Shown: positions 8,467 through 17,825 of the stretch, one piece after another | How the letters are laid out: every line of letters starts with the position of its first letter | How positions within the stretch are numbered: the first letter of the stretch is position 1 | Source of the DNA: a virus | Lineage: Duplodnaviria > Heunggongvirae > Uroviricota > Caudoviricetes | DNA length: 64,000 bases | Virus record (IMG/VR): IMGVR_UViG_3300034102_002177 | Reading direction: 5' to 3' (one strand) | Program-made: the position numbers and the translations under genes | Notes under the pieces: model-generated | What the model saw: only the letters and a program-made list of their open reading frames with translations | Databases searched by the model: none | Told to the model about the DNA's origin: nothing

Positions 8467-9309
8467 CTATAATTCAGGATTTTCATCATCAAATAATAAA
8501 TTATATCTCATATAATAATTTAAAATAACATCATTAAATGTATTTTTTACAAACTTATTTAATAATCTTCTTTTTGGTTGATCTCCAAAATCTTTATTTA
8601 TTGAGTCCCATATATGATCACAAACTTTTTTAAAAAAATAATTATAGTTTTTTGTTTTACATGAAATATTATATAAATTTATTATTGCATCCATAATATA
8701 ATCATTAATTTTTAATTCAAGTTTACCATAAAAATAGTCACGTTGATCAATATAATTAGACAAATCTTTAAAACTTGTAGATTTTAATAAGTTTTCACTT
8801 TTAAAAAATTTCATGTAATCAGAATTTTCTGTTAAAGAAAACCTCTTCTCAACATGATTATTTTCTTGATTATCGTTACTAGTTAAATTCATGTTAGTTA
8901 ATGGTAATTGATTAAAAACATCTTTTTTAACCATAATATATTCCGCCTTACAAGTTGTAGGATTTATAAAACATAATAAATAAACATCAAATTCATGCCA
9001 TTGACGAATATGTGTTACATGATAAAACCCATCAACATCTAAATAAGTTGTTTTAATTTCACCATACAGTTTATTTTTACTTTTTGATTTAGTAACAAAG
9101 TCGCCTTTGATATCATTACGATTAACTTTACCCACACCAAGTTTAGTCATTAACCTTTTTTCAATTTTTGATCCGTATCCCGATGGTGTTAAATGAGCGT
9201 ATGAAAACCCATAAAATTCGGAATCAGATAATTCTAAATACAAATCTCGTTTAACCATAGATTGTTTGTATTTGTATTTTTTTGCTGCTTGTTTTTGAAA
9301 TTTTCCCAT
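8467..9309 (-). CDS. Putative PD-(D/E)xK restriction-like endonuclease
   Basis: GSKIE...KGD(x13)GEIKT catalytic-type spacing followed by HIRQWHEFDVY. Very AT-rich, with its own promoter and terminator. Confidence 0.55.
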   Translation of the reverse strand: MGKFQKQAAKKYKYKQSMVKRDLYLELSDSEFYGFSYAHLTPSGYGSKIEKRLMTKLGVGKVNRNDIKGDFVTKSKSKNKLYGEIKTTYLDVDGFYHVTHIRQWHEFDVYLLCFINPTTCKAEYIMVKKDVFNQLPLTNMNLTSNDNQENNHVEKRFSLTENSDYMKFFKSENLLKSTSFKDLSNYIDQRDYFYGKLELKINDYIMDAIINLYNISCKTKNYNYFFKKVCDHIWDSINKDFGDQPKRRLLNKFVKNTFNDVILNYYMRYNLLFDDENPEL

Positions 9310-9329
9310 AAAAAGTTTTTAAATTTTGT

Positions 9330-9360
9330 CAAAGATATAATATTTTTTAATACTGACAAA
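9330..9360 (-). promoter_or_regulatory. Canonical Bacteroidota-type housekeeping promoter
   Basis: Minus strand reads TTTG-N19-TATCTTTG, an exact match to TTTG-N19-21-TAnnTTTG, ending 20 nt upstream of the ATG at 9309. Confidence 0.75.
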
Positions 9361-9374
9361 ATTTTTTGAGAAAT

Positions 9375-11138
9375 TTATCTTCTTTTGTTTATTAAAGATA
9401 AAATTTCCTCAACAACATCTCCTGTATTTTCAGGTTGTTCATCACCCATTACGGTTCGGATGATTTCTTTTTTACGATTTAATATATCATAAACGGCACC
9501 TTCAATGGTGTTTTCATATAGGGGGTAATAAACTAAAACATTTGATTTCTGACCATAACGATACGCTCTATCTTCAGCCTGAGCGTGTTCCGCAGGGACA
9601 AATGATAAGTCATTCATTATCACAACCTCAGCGGCAGTCAATGTTAAACCAACACCAGCGGCCTTTAAGTTACCGACAAATACTTTTATTTTTTCATTAT
9701 CCTGAAATTCATCTACAGCGTGTTGACGATGAGGTTTAGAACAACTACCATCAAGATAAACCGCTTGTTTACCGAAGTGTTGATAAATTGTTTGTAAAGT
9801 ATCTGTGAAGTTTGTGAAGATAATTACCTTCTTACCTTGTTCAATAATATTCTCAGCAAACTCAATCGTTTGTTTTGTTTTCTCGTTAGCAATAACTTTT
9901 CTAACTTTCATTAGTTTTGAGAATTGAACAGTTAATGAAGACGATTCATCTTTCTTATTATCAAACCAATCATAATATTCCCCCATCAATTCTTCATAAT
10001 CCTTGGATTTCAATCTAAGATACACTGGTGAAATAATTTTATCGGGTAGATCTAATACGTCTTCTTTTAATCTACGAAGGATTTGTTTTGAGGTTCTATC
10101 TCTTAATTCTTCCAAGTTAGAAGCTCCCGTAACATTCCAAACTTTTCTTTTTCCCGCGGTAAATTGATATCCCTGACAATAACGAATAGCATAAGCCATC
10201 CAATTCTGTGCGACGGGAGATTCAATAATGTTTAATAGGTTATAATAGTTCATTGGACGAGATGTCATTGGTGTTCCCGTCAATAACCAAACTCTTTTAA
10301 TATTTTTCACATAATGATTAATAATCTTTGTTCGTTGTGCTTGGGGGTTAGATATCATATGAGCCTCATCTAAAATAACCAATTCAAATTCAGATTGGTT
10401 TAATAAAGATTTATCCTTATCCTTCATATCGTGGAAGTTTTTTAGGATATCGTAGTTAACGATAACAAAATCAGATTCAGTTGAAAATTTCTTACCCTCG
10501 GCAATATATACAGATCTATCTGAATAATTTTCAATTTCACGTTGCCAATTAATCTTTAATGAAGCGGGACAAATAATTAATATTTTCTTCGCTCCCGTTT
10601 CTAAGGCAGCAATAATTGTTGCGGTTGTTTTACCAAGTCCCATATCATCAGCAAGAATAAATCTTCTTGATCCTGCTAATTTTTCTATTGCTTCTTTTTG
10701 ATGTTGTAGCGGTGGTCTATGACTATATTTAGTATAATCAACATCAACCTTCTCAACATTATGTGATTTAATAAGAGCGGATTTAGGTATCCAAAATTCA
10801 CTTAATTTGTCTTTCTCAAAGAATTTAGCCCAAACGTGATAAGATTTTTCTTTCTCAACCAACAACTTTTCTATAAAGATATTTTCAGGAGTTTCAAGTA
10901 GATACTTTTCTTCGGCAAACTTTTTAGCGAAGTAAGTATCCAACTCAACCCACTTACGAGCAATCTTTGGTGTGGTATTTAAATAGTTAATAATGTAATC
11001 TGATTGGGTTCTTGTTGGGTAAAACTTTTTATTAGTTTCTTTTTTGGTTTTAAGGTATAGAATATAGTTATTAGCACCTGAATAGGTGTCTAACAATTCT
11101 AACGCTTTTCGTTCTATTAATGATTGATTAATATCCAA
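9375..11138 (-). CDS. SNF2-family helicase/translocase
   Basis: ILADDMGLGKT, VILDEAH, LTGTP, RRLKEDVL, GVGLTL, QAEDRAYRYGQ. Start moved to the TTG at 11138 because the track's 11204 start overlaps the divergent gene and promoter. Confidence 0.9.
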   Translation of the reverse strand: MDINQSLIERKALELLDTYSGANNYILYLKTKKETNKKFYPTRTQSDYIINYLNTTPKIARKWVELDTYFAKKFAEEKYLLETPENIFIEKLLVEKEKSYHVWAKFFEKDKLSEFWIPKSALIKSHNVEKVDVDYTKYSHRPPLQHQKEAIEKLAGSRRFILADDMGLGKTTATIIAALETGAKKILIICPASLKINWQREIENYSDRSVYIAEGKKFSTESDFVIVNYDILKNFHDMKDKDKSLLNQSEFELVILDEAHMISNPQAQRTKIINHYVKNIKRVWLLTGTPMTSRPMNYYNLLNIIESPVAQNWMAYAIRYCQGYQFTAGKRKVWNVTGASNLEELRDRTSKQILRRLKEDVLDLPDKIISPVYLRLKSKDYEELMGEYYDWFDNKKDESSSLTVQFSKLMKVRKVIANEKTKQTIEFAENIIEQGKKVIIFTNFTDTLQTIYQHFGKQAVYLDGSCSKPHRQHAVDEFQDNEKIKVFVGNLKAAGVGLTLTAAEVVIMNDLSFVPAEHAQAEDRAYRYGQKSNVLVYYPLYENTIEGAVYDILNRKKEIIRTVMGDEQPENTGDVVEEILSLINKRR

Positions 11139-11197
11139 ATTTTCCTTTTTAATAAAAATAACAATAAAAAAGATATTTATCAATAAATACCGAAAAT

Positions 11198-11710
11198 ATG
11201 GCAAATAAAGTTCCTATTACAAGGATAGGTAAATTTTTTGGATCAAACGATTTCGACCTTGACATTTCAATGGGAGAAGAATGGTTGGTGGGTGATATGA
11301 ATTTTACCTGTGTACTATATCGTGTTGATAGATACAAAACAAAAACAGATGATGTATATGGTGAAACTGTATCAGATGGTATTAAGTTTTTACCTCCAAT
11401 TGAATTTAATGCTTTTGTACAAGTATCGGCACCTGAAAATAAATTATTAGGTTCAACAAGAGTGGATCAAATGGAACCGGGTAATATAAGAATTTCAGTT
11501 TACCAAAAAACTTTAGATGATTTAGGAATTGATATTAATTTTGGTGATTACATTGGTTATTATGAAACTGAAACGTTAGTTAGATACTATACGGTTAATA
11601 ATGATGGTCGTGTCGTATCTGACAATAAACATACCTATGCAGGTTATAAACCTTTTTATCGTACAATAAGTGCATCACCTGTTGGACCAAATGAATTTAG
11701 AGGACTATGA
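11198..11710 (+). CDS. Head closure/neck protein, T4 gp14-like
   Basis: VLYRVD...DDVYGE...F.PPIEF and GDYIGY patterns; position upstream of the gp15-like gene and the sheath. Confidence 0.65.
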   Translation: MANKVPITRIGKFFGSNDFDLDISMGEEWLVGDMNFTCVLYRVDRYKTKTDDVYGETVSDGIKFLPPIEFNAFVQVSAPENKLLGSTRVDQMEPGNIRISVYQKTLDDLGIDINFGDYIGYYETETLVRYYTVNNDGRVVSDNKHTYAGYKPFYRTISASPVGPNEFRGL

Positions 11711-12147
11711 AACTATTATTAAGTGAATCTCAAAATAAAGAATTAATATACTCCATTAAAGGAGACCCTAATTTGTTAATTAACAAACACGTTAAAGTTT
11801 ACTACGACATCACAAGAAATATGTTCTCAGTTACATTTGGTGGTATCGTAGTTTTGAAAGCCGATTACGTTAGATTGAAAAATGTAAAATTTTTAGTTAG
11901 TGAAACAGGAAAACAAAAGGTTAGAAAAGTTAAACAAAAAAATGTACACGCTTACGTTACAGGAACATTAATTGATTATTGTGAAAATCCGTGTGAAAAT
12001 ATGCCTAGTCCTGAAAGAGATGTTGTTATTAAATATAACCCATATTTTGATGACACATTTTTAATTAAAAAAACTCAGGAACCTATTTTTAGGGCTAATG
12101 AGGTCGAAATGATAAATTTAGAGAATAAAATATTTTTAGTAAATTAA
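11707..12147 (+). CDS. Conserved phage hypothetical protein
   Basis: VYYDITRNMFSV...VRLKNVKFLVSETGKQKV..VKQKNVHAYVTG matches a family common in large phages; ATGA coupling. Confidence 0.7.
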   Translation: MKLLLSESQNKELIYSIKGDPNLLINKHVKVYYDITRNMFSVTFGGIVVLKADYVRLKNVKFLVSETGKQKVRKVKQKNVHAYVTGTLIDYCENPCENMPSPERDVVIKYNPYFDDTFLIKKTQEPIFRANEVEMINLENKIFLVN

Positions 12148-12148
12148 T

Positions 12149-13210
12149 ATGGGGTTCCCGAAACAAATAAAAAAAAGTATTCCTCTGATTGAGAAAAAAA
12201 TCTTAACTCCGAGAAGACATGAGATTGCGGATATGATTTCTGATGATGGAACTTATCTTCCAAAATCTTTATTGCACGCAGATTTGGATCGTGGGTTTTT
12301 AGATTTTGTTAGAGATGAATTAAGATGTGTTGTTGAAGGGTCCATAATGCCAACTGTTGATATTATGATAACCACTCAGAATTGGTCTCAGTTTGTTGAA
12401 ACTTGGGATTTCCAAAATATCGATAAAAATGTTGAACCTCCATTTATAACAACCATTAGAACTCCCGAAGTTAAATTTGGGACAAATCCGGCATTAAGAT
12501 GGAATATACCAAATAGAAGACAATATTATTATGCCAAAGTCCCAACATGGGATGGACAGAGACATGGCATGGATATTTACAAAATACCTCAACCAGTTCC
12601 TGTTGATATAACATATACTGTAGCAATATTATGTAATAGAATGAGAGAACTTAATAAGTTCAATCAAATCGTTCTTGAAAAGTTCGCATCAAGACAAGCA
12701 TATCAAGTTATCAAAGGACATTATATTCCGATCATAATGAATGATATAACAGATGAATCGGTGTTGGATCTTGAAAAGAGAAAATTTTATATTCAAAAAT
12801 ATACATTTACGTTATTAGGTTTCCTTATTGATGAAGACGAGTTTGAGATTACTCCAGCAATCACAAGAGTTTTTCAGATTTTTGAAACGGAAACTAAAAC
12901 AAGAAGGAAAAGACAAAAAAAGGAAGAACCAAATCCACCTTCAGTTAAAAGATATGATTTCGCAACAGGAGTTACATCAAATGAAGTCACCGAAGTTTTT
13001 GATTATAATGTTAACTTAAGATTTGTTGATAGTGATAATATATCAAGTGGAACCCCTCCGTCAGGGTATGAAGTTTATATCAATGGTCTTTATTATGGGA
13101 ACGATGTTAGAGAAATACAAATTAATAGTGGGGACACATTAAAAATCATTATTTACAAACAATTTCCTAACGATACATCATTCTTAATTTTCAATCAAGA
13201 ATTATTGTAA
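12149..13210 (+). CDS. Tail terminator / sheath stabiliser, T4 gp15-like
   Basis: PQPVPVDITYTVAI...ELNKFNQIVLEKF and YTFTLLGFL patterns; position between neck and sheath. Confidence 0.7.
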   Translation: MGFPKQIKKSIPLIEKKILTPRRHEIADMISDDGTYLPKSLLHADLDRGFLDFVRDELRCVVEGSIMPTVDIMITTQNWSQFVETWDFQNIDKNVEPPFITTIRTPEVKFGTNPALRWNIPNRRQYYYAKVPTWDGQRHGMDIYKIPQPVPVDITYTVAILCNRMRELNKFNQIVLEKFASRQAYQVIKGHYIPIIMNDITDESVLDLEKRKFYIQKYTFTLLGFLIDEDEFEITPAITRVFQIFETETKTRRKRQKKEEPNPPSVKRYDFATGVTSNEVTEVFDYNVNLRFVDSDNISSGTPPSGYEVYINGLYYGNDVREIQINSGDTLKIIIYKQFPNDTSFLIFNQELL

Positions 13211-13375
13211 TCAATCTTCTCCGTAGATATCCCTTTTTTCTTTACATTTTTCCATTATCAGGTTTTCCAAAAACCGATACATTTTAATCCCACGCTTATC
13301 ACAATACTTTTTAAGGGTTTCGTGAACCTCAATAGAAATCTTCAAATTTTTTATCTTCTTAGTATCTTTATCCAT
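13211..13375 (-). CDS. Ribbon-helix-helix DNA-binding protein
   Basis: KNLKISIEVHETLKKYCDKRGIKMYRFLENLIME fits the strand-helix-G-helix RHH pattern. The ATG at 13375 (54 aa) is preferred over the TTG at 13408. Confidence 0.7.
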   Translation of the reverse strand: MDKDTKKIKNLKISIEVHETLKKYCDKRGIKMYRFLENLIMEKCKEKRDIYGED

Positions 13376-13454
13376 AGGTAGAAAAAAGGCAGAATAAAAT
13401 CTTACCAAAATATAAATAGTTTGGAAGAAGTAAAGTTTTTACAAAAAAAACTAA

Positions 13455-13461
13455 TATTTAT
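13455..13461 (+). promoter_or_regulatory. TATTTAT putative late promoter element (sheath); representative of many copies
   Basis: The same heptamer lies 5-44 nt upstream of most virion-gene transcription units (listed in findings). Confidence 0.6.
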
Positions 13462-13496
13462 ATAGAAAATAAAACAACTAAACAAAAAAAAAGACA

Positions 13497-16400
13497 ATGG
13501 CTAATAGTAAAGTATTTGTATCACCAGGCGTCTATACTTCTGAAGTAGATTTAAGTTTTGTGGCACAGAGTGTTGGTGTTACAACTTTAGGTATCGCAGG
13601 GGAGACCTTAAAAGGTCCCGCTTTTGAACCAATCTTCATCAGAAATTTTGACGAGTTCCAAACCTATTTTGGTGGAACTACACCTGAAAAATTTGTGAAT
13701 ACACAAATCCCAAAATATGAGGCTGCGTATATCGCAAAATCTTATTTACAACAATCTAATCAATTATTCGTAACGAGAATCTTAGGACTTTCAGGTTATG
13801 ATGCGGGACCATCTTGGTCAATATTAACTACAGCAAACGTAGATTGTTCCACAATCGGAGTTAATTGTTTTAGTTCCGTCACTGTAAACTGTATCCCCCA
13901 ATGTGTTATTCCTTTAGAGTTACCGTTTGTTGTAGATTTCTCAGGATGTACAAACTCAACATCAAGTATAGAATATTTAAGTAATTTCCCAAGTGAAATT
14001 TTGGATATACTTGACGTTAGTTATGAAACTCCTCAAGGAGGTACTTCAACATTGGATGAAAATATTAGAGATTTAATCTTTAATGTAATGACAAGTACAA
14101 ACCCATTAACTGCTGAAGATAATTTAATTAGTTATTTTGGTAGTGTTGATGGAAATGATTATAGTGCTTTAACTGTTAACGGTACTTATACCGCAACAAC
14201 AAACGTATTCGGTGTACCGGCAATACCATTTGATCAAAATAACTTATGTGATGGTGCTAACACATCATGGTACTACGCATTGTTTGATAATAATGGTGGT
14301 GGTAGTTATTCAGGTTTTTCTTTTTGGTCAATTGTTACGGGTATCACAAATATTACTCCAATAACAACAACCACTACAGCTCCAACTACAACATCCACAA
14401 CAACTAATCCTTGTGTTACGCCTGTTCCAACAACAACTACAACGACAACAATTCCTGTTCCTGTTGAATGTTACTCAGGATCTGTAATGGGTGTAATCTA
14501 CTACTATACCGGTACTTCATATACTAATTATGACGATATGGTTGTAGCAACATTTAGATCGAGAGGTATTTCAACATACGTAAATGGTAACAATCCTGTT
14601 TATGAAGTATCTAATTTGAATAATGTGTCTTTAGATATGACAGGTCAATATGCTGGAGTATTACAAAATCCATACTTACCATTTGGTATAAATGTAACAA
14701 ATAATGATGGTGTTAACTTTAATTTTGAAGCGTCATTCTCAACATCAGATGCTGAGTATTTAACAAAAGTATTTGGAACAACTAATTTTGCAAAACCAAG
14801 AACTGTAGTTCCTTTATTTGTTGAGGAAAGATTCCAATCGTTATTAAACTACGGATGGAGAAAAGGTTTCATTAGAGGTTTAAAACCTGTGTTAGTTGAT
14901 TTGGATTCAGCACAAAGTAACGCATCCGATTCAATTGGGTGGTATTTAGATAGATATCAAACTCCAAGCTCTCCTTGGGTTGTATCTGAACTTAGAGGTA
15001 CTAAAGTTTATAACTTATTCAAGTTTTACACTATTGCCGATGGAGATGCTGCTAACTACGAAATTAAGATTTCTATTGGAAACATTTCATTCGCTAATGG
15101 TACTTTTGATGTATTCGTTCGTGATTATTATGATACTGATACTAATCCGGTTGTTGTAGAGAAATTTACAAACTGTAGTATGGATCCAAGTCAAAATAAT
15201 TTTATTGCTAAGAAAGTGGGTACATTAGATGGTGAGTTCCAACTTAATTCTACATACATTATGGTAGAAATGAATGAAGATGCTCCTGTAGATGCTTTAC
15301 CTTGTGGTTTTGAAGGGTTTAACTTTAGAACTTATGGTTCAGCAACTTCACCATTCCCGGTTTATAAAACAAAATATGACTTCCCTGGTGAGGTAATATT
15401 TAACCCACCATTCGCAGCACCAATCCAAAGTCCTGGTGATAATGTTAGAAGAACATACTTAGGTATTTCAAATAATAATAGTTGGGATGGTAATTACTTT
15501 GAATATGTTGGTAAACAAAACCCTATTTCAACTTGTGATCTTGAAGGTGGTGAATGGAATTACAGATCAAGAGGTTTCCACATGGATAAAGACGCATCAG
15601 GTATAACTATTTCAGATGCATTTACAACTTCGGGTACTCCAAGATTTGACGTGGGTGATGCTAATTTCTCATCTGAACCAAATAATCCTACAAACCCTTA
15701 CTATAGAATTTACTCAAGAAAATTCACTTTATTAGTACAAGGTGGTTTTGATGGTTGGGACATTTATAGAGAACACAGAACTAATAGTGATAGATATGTC
15801 TTAGGTAGAATAGGTTACTTGAATGGTGCTTGTCCTGACAATAGATATCCAAACGCAGTTGGTTGGGGAGCATTCAAACAAATCGCAGTTGGGGATGGTA
15901 CTCAAGATTTCGCAAATACTGACTACTACGCATACTTGTTAGGTATTCAAACATTTGCCAATCCTGAAGCGGTTAACATCAATGTATTTGTTTCTCCGGG
16001 TATTGATTACGTTAATAATAGTGATTTAGTTGAGGCAACAATTGATATGATTGAAAACGACAGAGCGGATTCACTTTATATTACAACAACACCTGACTAC
16101 AATTTGTTCTTACCAACAACAACAGGTGGTGATGGTATAATTTACCCTCAAGAAGCGGTTGATAACTTAGAACAAACAGGAATTGACTCTAACTATACCG
16201 CAACTTATTACCCATGGGTATTAACTCGCGACACAGTAAACAATACTCAAATCTACATTCCGGCAACGGCTGAGGTAACAAGAAACTTGGCGTTAACCGA
16301 TAACATTGCTTTCCCATGGTTCGCAGCGGCAGGTTACACAAGAGGTATTGTAAACTCAATCAAAGCACGTAAGAAGTTGACACAAGAAGATAGAGATACT

Positions 16401-16808
16401 CTTTACCAAGGTAGAATTAACCCAATCGCAACCTTCTCTGATGTTGGTACTGTAATTTGGGGTAACAAAACTTTACAAGTTAGAGAATCTGCTCTTGACA
16501 GAATTAACGTAAGAAGATTGTTATTACAAGCTCGTAAATTGATTTCAGCAGTATCTGTAAGATTATTGTTTGATCAAAATGATGAACAAGTAAGACAAGA
16601 TTTCTTGAACTCAGTAAATCCAATATTAGATGCTATCAGAAGAGATAGAGGTTTATATGATTTCCGAGTAACAGTTTCTTCAGATGTAGCTGATTTAGAT
16701 AGAAATCAAATGACAGGTAAAATTTATATTAAACCTACAAGATCCTTAGAATTTATAGATATTACCTTCTATATTACACCTACAGGAGCATCATTTGAGG
16801 ATATTTAA
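13497..16808 (+). CDS. Contractile tail sheath protein (gp18-like) with Cys/Thr-rich insertion
   Basis: VSPGVYTSEVDLS N-terminus; YYPWV, PWFAAAGYTRG, INPI, WGNKTL, DRINVRRLL, IYIKPTRSLEFIDITF C-terminus. Confidence 0.96.
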   Translation: MANSKVFVSPGVYTSEVDLSFVAQSVGVTTLGIAGETLKGPAFEPIFIRNFDEFQTYFGGTTPEKFVNTQIPKYEAAYIAKSYLQQSNQLFVTRILGLSGYDAGPSWSILTTANVDCSTIGVNCFSSVTVNCIPQCVIPLELPFVVDFSGCTNSTSSIEYLSNFPSEILDILDVSYETPQGGTSTLDENIRDLIFNVMTSTNPLTAEDNLISYFGSVDGNDYSALTVNGTYTATTNVFGVPAIPFDQNNLCDGANTSWYYALFDNNGGGSYSGFSFWSIVTGITNITPITTTTTAPTTTSTTTNPCVTPVPTTTTTTTIPVPVECYSGSVMGVIYYYTGTSYTNYDDMVVATFRSRGISTYVNGNNPVYEVSNLNNVSLDMTGQYAGVLQNPYLPFGINVTNNDGVNFNFEASFSTSDAEYLTKVFGTTNFAKPRTVVPLFVEERFQSLLNYGWRKGFIRGLKPVLVDLDSAQSNASDSIGWYLDRYQTPSSPWVVSELRGTKVYNLFKFYTIADGDAANYEIKISIGNISFANGTFDVFVRDYYDTDTNPVVVEKFTNCSMDPSQNNFIAKKVGTLDGEFQLNSTYIMVEMNEDAPVDALPCGFEGFNFRTYGSATSPFPVYKTKYDFPGEVIFNPPFAAPIQSPGDNVRRTYLGISNNNSWDGNYFEYVGKQNPISTCDLEGGEWNYRSRGFHMDKDASGITISDAFTTSGTPRFDVGDANFSSEPNNPTNPYYRIYSRKFTLLVQGGFDGWDIYREHRTNSDRYVLGRIGYLNGACPDNRYPNAVGWGAFKQIAVGDGTQDFANTDYYAYLLGIQTFANPEAVNINVFVSPGIDYVNNSDLVEATIDMIENDRADSLYITTTPDYNLFLPTTTGGDGIIYPQEAVDNLEQTGIDSNYTATYYPWVLTRDTVNNTQIYIPATAEVTRNLALTDNIAFPWFAAAGYTRGIVNSIKARKKLTQEDRDTLYQGRINPIATFSDVGTVIWGNKTLQVRESALDRINVRRLLLQARKLISAVSVRLLFDQNDEQVRQDFLNSVNPILDAIRRDRGLYDFRVTVSSDVADLDRNQMTGKIYIKPTRSLEFIDITFYITPTGASFEDI

Positions 16809-16831
16809 TCATAAAAATGAAAAAAAAAAGG

Positions 16832-16859
16832 AAAAGGGAGACAAGTTCTCCCTTTTTTT
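16832..16859 (+). terminator. Intrinsic terminator after the sheath gene
   Basis: AAAAGGGAGA-CAAGT-TCTCCCTTTT followed by more T. Confidence 0.85.
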
Positions 16860-16893
16860 ATTATCTTTGTACCATATAAAATATAAAAAAGTT

Positions 16894-17700
16894 ATGGTTA
16901 GTAGTCAAGTATCAAGAGAAATCCCCACAGCAATTAAATATTATGCCTTTGATTGGGACGACAATTTAATGTATATGCCAACTTTTATTCGATTAAAAAA
17001 CGATAAAGGAAATGTTGTTGGTATGACCACAAAAGATTTTGCCAAGTATAGAGATATAGTTGGTAAAAAACCTTTTAATTATAAAGGACATACTATAGTC
17101 GGTTCAACAAAAGATGGTTATGTGGAGTTCGGAGTAACATACGATGATCAATTTTTAATCGATTCTATGAATTCACCTGTAGGACCGGCATGGCCTGATT
17201 TTGTGGAGGCAATCAATAATGGTTCAATATTTTCAATAATTACCGCAAGAGGTCACACACCTTCAGTTCTTAAAGAATCTGTTTATAGATTAATTAAGTC
17301 CAATAAATATGGAATTAATTCAAATAAAATGATTAAAAATCTTTTAAGATACCGTGATTTGGCGGATGAAGAGAAATTAACTAAGGACAAATTAATTAGA
17401 AGTTATTTAGATATGTGTCGTTTTCACCCTGTATCATTTGGTGTTGGGTCAGAGGCAAATCCTGAAAAAGGTAAAATCCAAGCAATGGAAGAATTTATAC
17501 GATATGTTAAACAGACATCCCATAATCTGCAAAGAAAGGCATTTATGAAAAACAAAATAAGCAATTATTTTACTCCATTTATTGGTTTTTCAGATGACGA
17601 TGAAAAGAATGTAGAATCTATGAAAAACCATTTTAAAGATAAAGAAGAAGATATATTACAAACATATCTTACATCAGAAGGAATTAAAAGAAAATATTAA
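16894..17700 (+). CDS. HAD-superfamily hydrolase/phosphatase-like protein
   Basis: Motif I FDWDDNL, motif II ITARG, motif IV FSDDD. The ATG at 16894 follows the terminator and a TATCTTTG element at 16862-69; the track start 16795 lies inside the sheath gene. Confidence 0.7.
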   Translation: MVSSQVSREIPTAIKYYAFDWDDNLMYMPTFIRLKNDKGNVVGMTTKDFAKYRDIVGKKPFNYKGHTIVGSTKDGYVEFGVTYDDQFLIDSMNSPVGPAWPDFVEAINNGSIFSIITARGHTPSVLKESVYRLIKSNKYGINSNKMIKNLLRYRDLADEEKLTKDKLIRSYLDMCRFHPVSFGVGSEANPEKGKIQAMEEFIRYVKQTSHNLQRKAFMKNKISNYFTPFIGFSDDDEKNVESMKNHFKDKEEDILQTYLTSEGIKRKY

Positions 17701-17825
17701 TTAATAATATCTAGTAATATCTAGCTCTAGTTATATTTTATTTAAAAAAAAGTAAAAGTAAATAGATATTTTTTGTTTGTGGTATATTTATAATAAAAAT
17801 AAACTAAAAACTAAAACAAAAAATT

